In this document: in pieces, positions 50,961 through 63,570 of the stretch
How positions within the stretch are numbered: the stretch's first letter is position 1
Layout of the letters: every line of letters begins with the position of its first letter
Assembly: GCA_036172245.1 (NCBI GenBank)
Contig: JAYWIR010000006.1
Coordinates: 4,774,001 to 4,838,000, forward strand
Length of the DNA stretch: 64,000 nt
Source of the DNA: Raillietiella orientalis
Taxonomy: Eukaryota
Direction of reading: 5' to 3'
Made by a program: the position numbers and the translations under genes
The notes under the pieces: model-generated
Told to the model about the DNA's origin: nothing
Databases searched by the model: none
The model's input: the letters and a program-made list of their open reading frames with translations, nothing else

Positions 50961-51443
50961 GACCCTCCCAAAGATTTTGACTTATTCTTTATTTTCTTTT
51001 TTTTTCTCCCCTCCCCCTCCGTTGTTGAGGTGACCTCCTCCGGTCTGCGTATACCGAAGGCCCGGCAGGTCCGTGGACAAACGGAGGGTGCCACCCCAAT
51101 AGGTGAGTTTCTTTCGAATTCTAATGAACGCCCCTGCGTGTTTGGGTGGGAATAAGGGACCACCGGGGAAAGGATTCCTTTCGCGTTCCCTTCCAAGGGT
51201 CAGATAGGAACGAACTGCTTCCCCTGGAGCTCTCTCTTGATTCATAGGGTGATACCCTCCTCTCAAGGCATCATTTCACTCGAAGAGTCACGAGCACCCA
51301 ACGGTGGCGTGGACAGCTCTGAGGAGCCTTGTGGGTTCCGCTCCCCCCCCAGGGAGGCGAACGGTTCTTCAGCAACTCTTGAAAACCAAAAGAGTAGAGC
51401 AAAGACCTATTCCATTCTTCGTGGAGACCCACGTACGGTCAGA

Positions 51444-51912
51444 GTTGACCTGATCCGACTTCGCACGAGCTCCTGCTAGGCTCGGCTCTCACTCGTGGCC
51501 AGCCGGTTCGACTCATTCCATTCCGACCTCCTGTGCGCCGTCCAACGTGACCGCACTTTCGCGGCCGCCCCGGCAGTCTTTCGCAGAGGGTGGTTCAGCG
51601 GGTTGTGTGGAAACTATCGTCCATCTGTCTACATCGCGCCGCCCGTTCCCATGCAGTTCCACCGGCCGCGCTGTTGGTCCTCTTCAAGGCACATACGCCC
51701 TGCGGCATCCGCCCCGGATCTGGCATCCTCGCGAGACGTTACACTTGCTCCCTCGGGTCCGGGCGGTCCAGTAGTCCGCCGTCTCTGCGTTTTCTGAATT
51801 GGAGGTCGGTTCCTAGGAGGATGGCCAGAGGGCTCCACCCGAGTCTCCTCCCGGGCTCGCACTCGTCGGCCACAGGTTGCACGACAGAGCGCCACAGAGC
51901 CTCCTGCTTGCC
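51444..51912 (-). repeat. Element of about 470 bp whose two ends (B...A on the minus strand) match the LINE insertion
   Basis: gctaggctcggctctcactcgtggccagccggttcgactcattccatt (A') and cccgagtctcctcccgggctcgcac...cgccacagagcctcctgc (B'). Confidence 0.8.
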
Positions 51913-52714
51913 GACCCGCGCAGGAAGAGCCAGCGGGAAGATCCGAAGGCGCGCGAGGGGAGGAAGGGGAGGGAAAGGTGTCCGCGCGATGCATCTTAGG
52001 ATGCCCGCGGTGGCTCGCGTCCGAGTGGACAGTGGAAGGCTCAGGGACTCTCGGAAAGTCCAGGAGGATGAGATCTTTTCAACTCCCGCCCCACCCGGCT
52101 TCCTCCCTTCCTACGGGAGGGTTCCTCGACGCACTGACACCTCTCCCCCACCCCCTCCGTGTTCTGTTCGATCAGCCGTCGGACCGCCTCCGACAATCCC
52201 CGTCCTCTAGATCGCCTCGGGTTATTCCCTTTCTCTGGGCATGACCGACGAGAGAGCGGGAGTGGGACGTTTCGGAGAGCCACCTTGCGCGGGTGTTGGC
52301 TCTCGGCCACCGTCGGGCTTGCTTAGCCACTGTGGCAGAGGGAGGAAAGTAGCGAGTGGTGCATGCGGAGGGAGGCGCCTCCCTGAGCCCTAGTGGGGCC
52401 TGAGGGCCTCCTGCAGGTTCCCGCCGGCGGAGATCTGCTAGAATGGGAGGTCCCCTCGGGTCCACGAAGCGGGACTGCATCTCTTCCGGGGGGGTGGGGT
52501 GCCAGCGAGGAGGGATGGCGGACCGTCCGGAGCTTGGAGACTCGGACCGCGCCGTGCCTCTCGCACGTTCTGGAGAGCGGGATGGCAGGACGGCAGCATG
52601 CCCTTCCCTTGGCGTCAGACTCTGCAACATCCATTCACAAGTGCCCGCTCAGGTCTCTTCCGGAAAGCACAGCCAGCGGCATCACCTTTCGGGAGCTTCC
52701 CGAAGACGCTGATC

Positions 52715-52930
52715 CATGCGGCAACCCTCCGGCGACCGGGACGCTGGCGCTGATCCTTGCCTTGACGAGGTGTTTCTCTCCACCCGACGCCTCTCGCTGC
52801 GGACCTCCTGGAGGGGAGAGGACTCGGATCGAGGGCCAAGAGGCCGGGGTCCGTGGGCCTAGGGGTAGGAGACAGCAACTCGCGGATCAACGGGACAGTG
52901 CGGTCGGGACAAGAGCACGCGACCCCTCCA
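52715..52930 (+). repeat. Same dispersed repeat, copy B (more diverged)
   Basis: gaggtgtttctctccacccgacgcctc...ctggaggggagaggactcggatcgagggccaag...gggacaagagcacgcgacccctc. Confidence 0.75.
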
Positions 52931-54007
52931 CCTGCCCTGCTCTAGCCGGGTCGGTGCTTTCGCTGGCGGCTCTCCCCCTCCGCGAAACTCGAGTGTCCCG
53001 GCTCCTGATCGATACACCTCTCTCCTCTCCTTCATCCCGATAAGCGGCTCGGCAGCATCAATGCGGAAGAGATGAATGTCCAGCAGGATAGGGTTCTCGT
53101 TCACCTTCCTTTCTCCCTCAAATCTCCTCCTCTCCCCTCTTTCCTGTTCTTTCTCCTCCAGCTGCTCTCTGGAAATCCCGAGAATGCTGCCATCCGCTCT
53201 CGGACCAGGAGGAGAAAACTTTTACGTCCTTCCCTCTGTTCTGTTGCCATGAGACGTTCGATGAAGAGAGAATAAAAACACACACACATGTTGCCTCCAC
53301 TCTTCCTCCCGCAACGAAGCAGGTTCTTTTTCTTCGACGCTATCTTCTCCCCGCTTTCCTGGAAGAGTCGCGCCTCATCACGCTGCCGCCTACCCGATCA
53401 GGCGTCCGGATGCTGCGCATCTCTGCTTCCTCCGCCGAGGCGCTGTCCTCCCTCAGTCCTAATGAAGCTGCCTTCGAGGCGGACCTCCGGGTGGAGCGAT
53501 GGGTCGAGAACTCCAGGGAGGGAAGAGGAAGAGGGAAGGGGCGCAAGACGAGCTTCCCGCTTCCAGGACACTGCAGGGGAACGCGTGTCGAAGCGCAGCA
53601 GGAGGCCGGTGGGAGGTGGGAGCGGGGCTGCAGAAGGGAAGGAGGGGAGAAAGAAAACCGGGACCACCACCCACGCCAATCGACTGCGAAGACTCCGAAA
53701 GGAGCTGCTGCCGTCTTAAAGGTCGACTCGCCGAGCGGACCGTTTCTTTCGCGCCCTCTGGAGGTGTTCTCGGAGGCTGCACGTTGGCACGAAGCTGCCT
53801 GCGTCTGCACTTGGAGATGGTGGAAGGGGGAGAGAGGAAAGGGTTTATAAGCATTCGTCGGTCCTCACTTCCTGAAGTGTCCTTTCGGACCAACTTTCTC
53901 GAGTGCTAGTAGTTCCAGACAGCTCGGGCTGATCGCGGACGCAGCCTCTCCGCATTGTCTCGGGCACCAGCGAGCACCTGCAGGCAGAACACACTTTCAT
54001 CCCGGGC

Positions 54008-54279
54008 CAGAAGAGTCAGCAGGCGCGCACTCGCCGTAGGCAGCACTCAACCTACCCGGAACTATGGTCATTCTGGCGTTGGTCTCTGTACTGTCGAGGT
54101 GTTTCTCCCCGTCTGATGCCTCCTGCTGTGGGACTTCTGGAGGGAAGAGGATTCGGGTCGAGGACCAGGAAGGCCGGAGGTCAACGGCCAGGCATCAAAG
54201 CCAGCAGAAGGCAGCAGTTCGTGGGGTCAGAGAGCAGTGCGGTTAGGACAAGAGCATGCAACCCCTCGGGACAGAAGCG
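54008..54279 (+). repeat. Same dispersed repeat, copy C
   Basis: Collinear with copy A and ends at the same ...aagcg position. Confidence 0.85.
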
Positions 54280-54289
54280 ACCCTTTTAT

Positions 54290-55330
54290 CTCGGGAGGTA
54301 CCACGTGGAAGGAGAGGAGACAATCCCCTCTGCTTCGGCATCCTCTGTTCTGGAACTTCTGGCAAGAAGCGACCTCGAGTCCCTGCCAATCCTGGGAACC
54401 TCCCGTGGTTGGGAAAGATAAGCTGGAGAGGAGAAGGATGCTGGGATCTTCCACATTGAAGGTTGGATGCGAGCACGTCCAGGTTTTCCTTTCGGCACCC
54501 AGGAGGACGGTGACGCTTGTAGGTAAGAGGCGGCGCGAATGGGCGTGTTGGTGAGAAGAGGAATCTGCTGGATTGAAGGATGTTTGGAACGAATCTTCCT
54601 CTTAAGGGAATGAGGGTAAAACCTGTGACTTTCCCTGGGCGGTTCGCTGGAAAATGCTTTGCAAGACCAGGACAAGTGGATCCGCTTGTCCGCCACCCCC
54701 TTTGCAGCAGCACTGTCTGCTCTAAGTGCAAGCGGTGGTAGTTGGCCTGCCAGAGAAGTGAAAGGTCTCCTGCACGCTTGCCGGGGAAACCAGACCCTCG
54801 GGTAGCTGGAAGACGAGCGAGCTGGCAGACCTCGTAGCTCAGCGGACGGATTCCTTCGGTGGAGCAAACTGTTGAGTGAGTCCCTCGAAGAGCTTATGGT
54901 CCCTTCCTCGTTCCCCCTTCGTTGGAAGCAGGGCATGCTGCTGCTATTGCATTGGGGTTTCCAATGCAGTCAGCGCACGCCCCTAGTCTCCAGGGGAGTT
55001 GTCTCTCCGAACTGCAGATGATACGGAGCAATGGAATCGCCCCTGCAGCTGCTCATCGACTGCAATGCCCCTCCAGACACTGTGGAGGAGGCTGCCTGCA
55101 GCACTCCTGCACCAGGGGGACACCGCAATGGACGTCATATGCACTGCTTCTTCACAAGAGGCGGCCTCTCGCTAAGTGCGGTCATCGCAACGGTCAGTTG
55201 CATCCGTGCCACCGTCATGGCCCACCAAGTGCTGGATATGCAAGCAGAACGGTCATCAGGATCTCATATGCGAACATGAAGACGGCTGCCAGGTAGCACC
55301 ATCTCGAGGAAGTTAGGAAAGAGATCACCG
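54290..55330 (+). mobile_element. L1/Tx1-like ORF2 3' remnant
   Basis: One frame reads WKQGMLLLLHWG...LVSRGVVSPNCR*YGAMESPLQLLIDC, resembling the zf-RVT region and the corresponding part of the 48-51 kb element. Confidence 0.5.
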
Positions 55331-55559
55331 GTTCCAGCATTCAGCTTCCGGTTCTAAAAATAAGGAACGACCGAAACCAAAGACCCCTGTCCCTAACCTT
55401 CCATATCTTTTTATGTATTTTTTTTATATATCCAGCAAGCACAAGGGAGAGGGAGATGTTCAGTGGAACCATCGAAGCGTCGAACGCACTACGCTGTCGA
55501 GCTCCACAAAAGGAAAGCATCTGAAGCACGGGGTTAACAATGAAGGAAGAGACACGGAA

Positions 55560-56620
55560 CGGAGGTCCTTCTCTGCTCAGACAGCAGCACCTTCAAAAGT
55601 CAAACAGAGAGCTTTGACCAAAAAAAGGTGCCGGAGTGTGGTGGAACCGGTTCTCATTTGCGTCTGCAGTTGCTGGGACCGCAGCACTTGGCACTTTTCA
55701 GTATCCTATAACGAAAGACCAGACACTACCAGAGCCGAGTGCGAAGGACTTTCTTCGGTCCTCATGGCCAAAGACACAAGTCTGAGGCATTCAGGCCGTC
55801 TGCTATCGGATGGTTGCCTTGGTGGAGGAGAACAACTGGATCTTCTGCTTCCCCGCGAACTGCACTGCATAGCTGCAGGAGTCAGTTGACGCGTGGGAGA
55901 AGACCCATGGCTCGAGCGAGGAGTCCACCTGTCTCCCGGAAGGAAGGCACGCTCGACAGCTGCTGCAGGAGATCGTCTGAAGCCCACGCAAGATGCTGTG
56001 AGCATCGTCCACCCTCTTGCCCAGTTCTTCCCCTTCCTAAGGGACAGCGACCTTCTGGCAAGGTGGGAAGTGCCCTACCTTATCCGAGGCAGACAAAAAC
56101 TTTTAAGCGCGTGGACAACTCGGCAGCCAGAGGACGCTGTGACCCCGAGTGACCCGCCGAAAGGATTTGTACGCTGGGGCGAGCTGCTCGCGATACCAGA
56201 GGAGGCAAAATAGCCCCTAGCGTGCTGGAACAGTCACCCCTTCAAGTGGCGGAAGTTGACATTGCTGGTCTCGCATTGGGCAAGAGCGTCTTCACCATTG
56301 GACACGGAAGAGCGTGGACGCTCAGTGCGAAGGAGACCAGGAAGAAGACTTGTCCGCACCTGATGTTGGATTGTGGTGCCCTCCGATCCCTCGGAATCAC
56401 CTCGCCACTATTCTAGGAATCCCGGAGGACGACGACTCCAGGGACATTTTTCGGCATCCCTTCATACGTGCCGCTTTGCTGCGTCTGTCGCAGTTCCCTG
56501 CTGAATCCGCGGAATCGTGGCAGCCTGGAACGTGGGAAGAGGCCAGAACGGCAGGAACTCCATCCACTGGACGAGGATCTTTTTGAAGGCTGCATCGAGA
56601 TGGCCCCATCTGGGAGAAGA
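55560..56620 (+). mobile_element. L1/Tx1-like ORF2 3' remnant
   Basis: FKWRKLTLLVSH followed by VDAQCEGDQEED/(frameshift)/HLMLDC, a zf-RVT-like pattern paralleling the 48-51 kb element. Confidence 0.5.
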
Positions 56621-59600
56621 AACAACAAAACTTGTCAGAATCCTGTACGCGAAGCAGAGAGCATCTCCCAGTGATTCGTGATCCGCCTTTCCTGCTCTCC
56701 CCTTCCCAGGAAACATTTCCCTTTTCCCATTTATTCTTTGTTATTCTGTTATTTCGTGGTTTCTCTTCCCCTTCCCTGATGGAAAGGACCTCCCCGGTCT
56801 CCTTACCAGTGATCGGCAAGTTGGACGCACACGGTACACCAAGTGTTTCGCCACATAACCATCTGATGGTAGTTTCATTATTTTTTATGACGGAACCCCC
56901 TGCAAAACCGGGCGGGAACCCACGCTGTAAGAGGAGTTTCTTCCTAATCGATGACGACCATCTAATGGAGAGCTGGTCCACCAAAAAAGTCCACGAATAG
57001 AACGTGACGGAACCTTCGACAAGCGGATCCTCTAGACGGAACCTTCCTGGAAAGTTTACGGATGCATCTTTACGGTGAAGAGTCCCGGAGATTGCCGTCG
57101 CATCCTGCATTCCGGGTCGGCTTTTGCTGGGGCCCACCCTGGCAACAGTGGGAAAGGGGAGTCGAAGGCGGATCCCCTTCTATCCGGCCACATAACCGGA
57201 GTACGGCTGCTCTTCTTCCGCATCGATTGCTTGACGTCACAATCACGTGAGGAGCGTGAGACCTCGTGGCACGAGAGGAGAGCTTTCACGAGCCATTTCA
57301 TTTCTTAACGGGTGCTTCGAGGAGGAGGCGCTGGTGCTTTCCCGCCGTCTGTGGAAGCTGCTGCCACCCGAGTAAAGAGATGAAAATCCGCCCGCCCTGT
57401 CAAGCAGCGGCCACGTTCATCACCGAGGAAGATGGATGGAATCCTGAGGCACTCCGGGCAGCAGCAAGTTGCTCATGGACCATTTCCGGAACAGGGGAAT
57501 GACGCTTGCAGTTCGCTTTCCTCCTCCAAGTCACCCCCTAATCCCATCACACGGAGAGGCTGCTTAATGTTTTCATGATGCAACATCCTCTCCATCTGCA
57601 GCCGTTCGATCCAGAGATCGGAGCTTGTGAAAAATGGATCCCGGCGCGCTCGTCCATCTGGCAGGCATCTCGTCAGGGCACGCTCCAGCGGATAAAGGCG
57701 GACAGGAGGTGGCGCCCTCGGACTCAGCAGCTGACCACGGTCCTTGCCGCCCCTCTTGCCCTCGAGGAGACCACTAGGTCACCGTTCTTGTCTCTCCGGG
57801 ACGTTTTCTCAGCCAAAGAGATGCCCGGTTTCTCCGGGATCTTCCAGCTTTGGGAGCGCTTTCCATCCTGCTCGCTGTTATGCCCGTCCTTCCCGCTTCT
57901 TTGCCGGGCCCGTTCCAGCCGTCCGCCTCAGGGGATGGAGGTGCTTCCCTTGGACTCTGGAAAAAGCTACGCGTGTCCACTAGTGTCAGGAAGCGGGCGG
58001 AGGGGAGGCGGGTGGCCAACGTCTGGGACGAAAGCAGTGGGGATTGGCAACAGCCCGTGGTGACTCCAGAGAAGCTCGACGGGAGCTGCTCCAGGGCTGC
58101 GTTTCCATTCCAGAGGACCTAGGACCCCGCAAGGCACGCTCGTCGGTGATAAGCACCCCAACCTCCCCTGGTGGACTGCCGGGATCCCCGGTGGAGAGAA
58201 GGGCTGTTGGCACTGACCCGAGAACATACCCGACACTTGAGGGGGCGGCGGCTTCCACTCCCGTTGCGTGCTGACCAGGAGATCTGTGGAACCGACCCCG
58301 AGCTGCAGTCGCGGATGAGGGAGGTGCGCGCACCGACCGGGTTACGGGGGTCCTGGGAGGCGGAGGACCACGCGGAGTGGAGGATGGCGTCCGGGAGTGC
58401 TGCGAGGCGCCTCCCTCCCCGGTGAGGGGACTCTTCGGGATGGAGGAATCTCTGGGAGGCTGATGCAGCGCCTTCTGCTTCCGCTCCTCGAGCTTCCTCC
58501 TCCGTGAACTCCCGTCCACATTTGGGAGGACAGGGCAACGTGCTCCGGCGAGGTCATCCCTTTAAGGAGGGGGTGGAAGCTGCAGGAAAGGAGTGCCACC
58601 GGCGGCCGCTGCACATCCGGCTGGAGCATCGCCTCAGGTGGTTCCTGGTGGGACGCTGCCCTCCTCGGAGGGAGGAGAGCGAGGGAGAATCCTTCTTTCT
58701 GGCACCCTTCGGGGCACGCCTTGCAGTTTGGACAGCACCTTACCCCCGGATCTCTCCGGGAAACCCTCGCTCCTGCACCCAAGACCGTCTGCACCCCTCT
58801 TCGAGTGCGCAGCTGGGTCCAGCACAGAGAGAGGAGTAGGAAAGGGTATGCCTATGGGCCTGGGTGGGCAGAAGAAGAGGAGGCATAGGTAGCGGTTACG
58901 TCATGGAAGAAGTACTGACGAGGAAGTCTGCTGGAAAAGCGCTAAAGAGGGGGAGTGGGTGGAAAGCCGAGCAACAGGGGGGAGGGGGGGGAGGAGGAAG
59001 CGCTCAGAACCCTTCAACCTCTGAGGAGTCTGTCCTTATCCCATTAGGCAGTTTCTGTTTGCACGCCACTTGGGTCGGAGGTTGGTCAGCCCGCCCCTCA
59101 CAAAGACTCCCCCTCTTTGGGACTCCATTTTTCCCTCCAGGCAGATGGGCACCGTGCAGTCCGCCCTCGCCCTCGCCGTCTGGGCTGGTTGACAGTTCGA
59201 AAAAAGTCGGTCCCTTCCTCTCTGCCCGTCCCACGGAGGGCTGAGAGGAAGGGATGACTCCTGGGGCATGCCGACCCTCCTCGGATGCCCGAAAGAGCGG
59301 AGGGACGTCACGGGCTCGAGGAGAGGGATTTCTCCCTCCCGGCCCGCCGGGCAGGACGGCACGGGGGAAAACGGAGTTCCCAAGGTTCGCTCCGGGCATT
59401 GAGGACCCGCCGTGTATTCCCTCGGGTCGGGGTCCCGAGACGGGAAACTCGGGCGGGGGCAGCCGCACTCCTGGCGCGATGGACTGTCTCCCGCTCGGAT
59501 GACGCACGATGGGAGGTTCCCGCCTGCCCCCCACACTGCCCGGGAGGAGGGGAGGGAAAGGGACGAAGACGGTTTCCGTAAGCTCGTCCTGCTAATTCGA

Positions 59601-60809
59601 AAAGCCTCCCGTGAGCTCAGGAACGAAAAAAGCCCAAGCTTGTGCTGGTTTGCCGCAGGGCTTGGGCATGATCGCCGCCGCCAGGTCATTCCAGAGACGC
59701 CGCACCATCCTCGCGCCACGCTGCCCTCGAACTGCAGGTTCGTGGCGTGGGCGATCCGGGACGGTGATCCCAGACTTACTACCAAAGGAGCTCTATCGGG
59801 GAGGCAGAAGGGGGGGAGAGGGCAGCACCGCCTACTTGAGGACGGCTGCAAGGTGGGCTTGCAAGAAGAAGCGGAGGAGATCGCCGGCATCCAGCGCCGG
59901 TTCTGAAAAGGAACGGCGGACACCGGTGACCCTTGATCCCAGCTTTCCTTTCTTTTTTATCTTTCTCCCATTCCTCACTCCCTTTTGCTCCGCGCCTTTC
60001 CCTGTTTTCATACATCGATCCGGGTGCACACCAAGCAAACCTGGATTGTCTCATTCCCCCGGATTTCCACATCATTCTTGCCGTCCCTCTTCCCCTCCCT
60101 CCTGTTCCAGATATCTGGTCCGCGCGTTGGTGGATCCTCCCCGCGAACTTTTTTTGTCGTCGATTGGGAACCAGAATATTCCCGACTGGTTTATTCTTAT
60201 GAAATAAAAGCCGTCGGGAGTGACTGGGTGAAAAACTACGCTCTCGACTGCTCGTCTGCCAGATCCGTTTCTCTCCCCGATGAGCGCCTCCCGAGCACGA
60301 AAGGAAGGCCGAACAAAGGAGCTTCAATTCCTTGGCCTTCAGGGCGGAAAACGGGAGTCAGCAGGATGCACTGCTTTGCGGGGACACCGAACCTCTCCAG
60401 GAAGGAAGCTGATGCTCGTTCGGGAACGGAGGGGGTGCAAGTAACGTCGAAAGTCACGTGACCGCAGACGAGGAGCGGCGCGCTCGACACGTGCGAAAAA
60501 AAAACAACTCCTCCTCCTGCGAAGGTGAGTCGTTGGAAAACCTTTTCCTGCTGGCACCTGGGGGAAAATAGGGAGGGGTCTCACCCTCCAGGAACGCGCG
60601 ACCCGGCGTGACCCAGGATTCGCCTCGCTCTCAGCCGCAATCATTCCGTCCAGGCTTCTGAAGCGAGGCCGAATGCCTTTTAACCGGAAAGGGACAAGGG
60701 AAGGAATGGATATGCCCCCTCCTTGAGGTCACCTTTTTTCATCCAGCCAGCGTTCCAGTCCTCTACGCCCTTGCAGGTCTCAGCAAGTCCTCTCAACCTG
60801 CGTAGCAGC

Positions 60810-61495
60810 GCCTGAGACCTGCTGTGGATCGCCGCCCCAGGACGCAGGCCCAGAACCTCAGTGAGATCGCCGCGGATGTGGGTCCAACGCCCCTGCACCC
60901 ACCTGGAATTCCCCGTGATCTCCGCGTCTGCAGGCCTCGCCCTCCTGCGACGTGCCGGCAGCGAAGGACTTTCGTCGTTGCTGCCGCGCCTCCCGCTGAG
61001 GCTCCGCTTCTGGCAGCCCACCCTCGCGTCCCCTACAGCCCGGCGAACCTCAGCGCCTAGGGGCAGGACGGCGATCGCTTGCCGGGAGGTGACCTTGGAA
61101 ACGCACCCGGAGGAATTCCGCGTCCCGAGATGTCTGCAAAACCTCTACCGGGATCTGTCCTGCAAGAGTGGACGCAGCGGCCCCTCCTCTGCGCCGGGAT
61201 ACTTCGGCGGAGGTCCTTCTGCTCCCGTATCGGGATCTCCAGAGCAACGACCTCGTTCCCGGGGACTGTTCCCCCCCAGCTGTTGCTCCGGGCCTCCGCC
61301 ATACCCGAACCACTCGCGGGACCGCGACGCCCTCGAGGACATCTGGCGGCGGCTGCCGTCCACGCCGAGGGTGCCGCCAAGGACAAGTCCCTCGCTCGAG
61401 GCGGAGCGACGGCAGGCGCCGCGATGGCGCGAAGAGGTGCCGTGCTGACGCCTCGACCCGTCATGCATCGGAATGTCGGGCGCGGAGGAAGGTCG
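60810..61495 (+). repeat. Diverged dispersed repeat homologous to 1055-1370 and about 3020-3310
   Basis: tgcacccacctggaattccccg...ctgcaggcctcgccctcc...aacgcacccggaggaattc is shared with the left IR arm and spacer. tggcggcggctgcc(c/g)tccacgcc...gaggcggagcg...cgccgcgatggcgcga is shared with 3150-3250. Confidence 0.85.
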
Positions 61496-62989
61496 CCTGC
61501 GCAGAAGCCGCGGGCGAGTGAGGGCGGCTGCGCCTGCAAGAAGACATCAAGAGGGAGGCTGCTGATGTCCCCCGCCGACCCTCAGCAGGAAGGAGCGACT
61601 CGAACCAAAGGCCATCCCCGCCGTCCCCATCCTCATTGCATGACCGTCCCCCTCCCTTCCGCTGCGGACTGCCCCAGAAAACTATCCTGATGAACCCTCT
61701 TTTAGAACTCCTTGGCTGTTCGGGAACCGCGTTTCCACCGCGCTTATTCCTTCTTAACAGTTCTTGAGCGCCCCTTCGTCACCGGACGAAAGACCATCGG
61801 TCTCTAAGGAGTGGTCAGAAGCCAATCCTTTCCGACAGGACCTCTCGAGGCTGCCCGAAGCTGCTGCAGATTCTCCCGGCTCGCAAGAAGTTCACCTTTC
61901 CTTCCTTTACGGACTCCCCGATTCCCGGATCGGGAATGTGACGAGAGGCTTGCTCTTCCTCGAGTGTTCCCGCGTGCCGGACTTGCCGGAATCTCCATCT
62001 GGGGTCGGATTTCCTGCGGAAGACGGCGGGGGGGTGAAGAAGGTACAGCTGCCGCATCCGTTCGTGGACGCCCGCGGCAGCTGTGCGGTCGCTCCGCAGG
62101 GTTCTCTCTGGGGGCTGCCGAGGAGGGGACGACCCACGACTACTTCCCCGACCCAGGCAAGGAGCGTACAAACAGGGCCGCGCTCTCTTTAGACCCAGGA
62201 TGATGGCACGACCAGTTTCTTCCCGGAAGTGGTCGCACCAGATCGTCCCTGAAGAGGATGGGAGGTCCTTCCGCGCCCTCGGCTCCTCCCCCTGCCTCCC
62301 AGAGCCGGGCGGCCTCGCTCCCTGGGAATTCCCCGCCTCCGGGCTTCTCCGCAGCCCGCTCCAGGGAGTCAGCGCTCCGCGAAGCACCAAGAGGTGGAGG
62401 CGTTTCGCGTTCCCGGGTCTCCTGTGTGCGGGCCGAGGAGCCAAAGGGGAGCCAGCAGCGCTAGCTGCATGTCGGACCGAGACCGGAAGTCCCCCAGCTG
62501 GGCGACGGCGATGGCGAGTGGGTGCCATTCGCTCCTTCGCCATCCTGGCGGGAGGTCCGGGCTCCACTGCCACTCCCCTGGAAGAGGGACCGCTCGCTGC
62601 CGAGCATCGGAGAACCCGTCGTGCCCTCCGAAGGAAGGGCCCACGCGCGACGCTCCCGTTCCACAAAACGGGAAGACGAAGGGATCGACTGCAGCTTCCC
62701 GAATTCCTTTCCACATGAATTTTCACGTGCCCCCCTCCCCGTTCCCGTGGCCGGCGCTCTGCGCGATGTTGCCCTCCCTGCCGCTCCTGGACCGCATCCC
62801 GCTTGCCTTTGCACGATGGGAAATCCTTTCGGGTTCCTCTGTCCCCTCTGCTTTCCTTCCAGCTTTCTTTCTTTTGTTGGTGAGCCAGCTGCTGAGGAAC
62901 CGTCCACCCCTTCGGGGATGAGGGGAGAGGGCACAACGGAGCTCTTTAACGCTGACTGCGCCGCCCCAGGGTGCCTGTGGTAACTTCAA

Positions 62990-63570
62990 GTTGTAGGAGC
63001 GTCCCAGGAAGGGACCACCCTATGAATCCAGGAAGTGCTCCGGAAGGAGGGCTCCTTGTTCCTCCCATGCTTGGAAGGAGCCCCAGAAGGGAACCACCTC
63101 TTCCTTACTTCCATTTTCACAGCCGGGAGGGGGCCGCTTCTTCTTCGAGCGGAACCCGAGAAGGATGCGCTCCTGGTTTTTTCCTCTGAAGTGGATCCCG
63201 AAGGGACATTCACCTGTCCTTCTGACCCTCTGGAGAGGCAGCTCCCGAGGGAATGTCTCAACCAGCTCCATGGCACGGCCCCATTTTCACAGTCAGAGGG
63301 AAACCTCGAAGAGCTCCTTGGTTACAGGAAGGACCCCGGAGGGTCGACTTCCAATCCCGAGGCCAGGTCAGCAGGGCCGTCCGGGGTCTTCCACCAGTGC
63401 TGCCGCACCCGAGGCCAACCGAGGTGCCGACCAGCGTATCGTCTTGCGGGGGAAGATCGAAACCCACGACACACCCTCCCTTGCTCGACATCGACTTCTT
63501 CCTGCCCCTCGGGGAGATTTGAAGCCGCGACTCCCGGTGCCCTTCCCGGCAGTTTCCTCGCGGCAGCCGC
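62990..63570 (-). mobile_element. tRNA-headed SINE-like element, copy 7 (degenerate B-box)
   Basis: Carries gaaacccacgacacaccc, ggagggtcgacttccaatccc, caaccagctccatgg and ccctatgaatcc in the family order. Confidence 0.68.

Noticed and set aside
61780..62170. Possible LINE ORF1 (RRM plus zinc knuckle) relic
   Set aside because: The CCHC residues are not intact and the resemblance is impressionistic.
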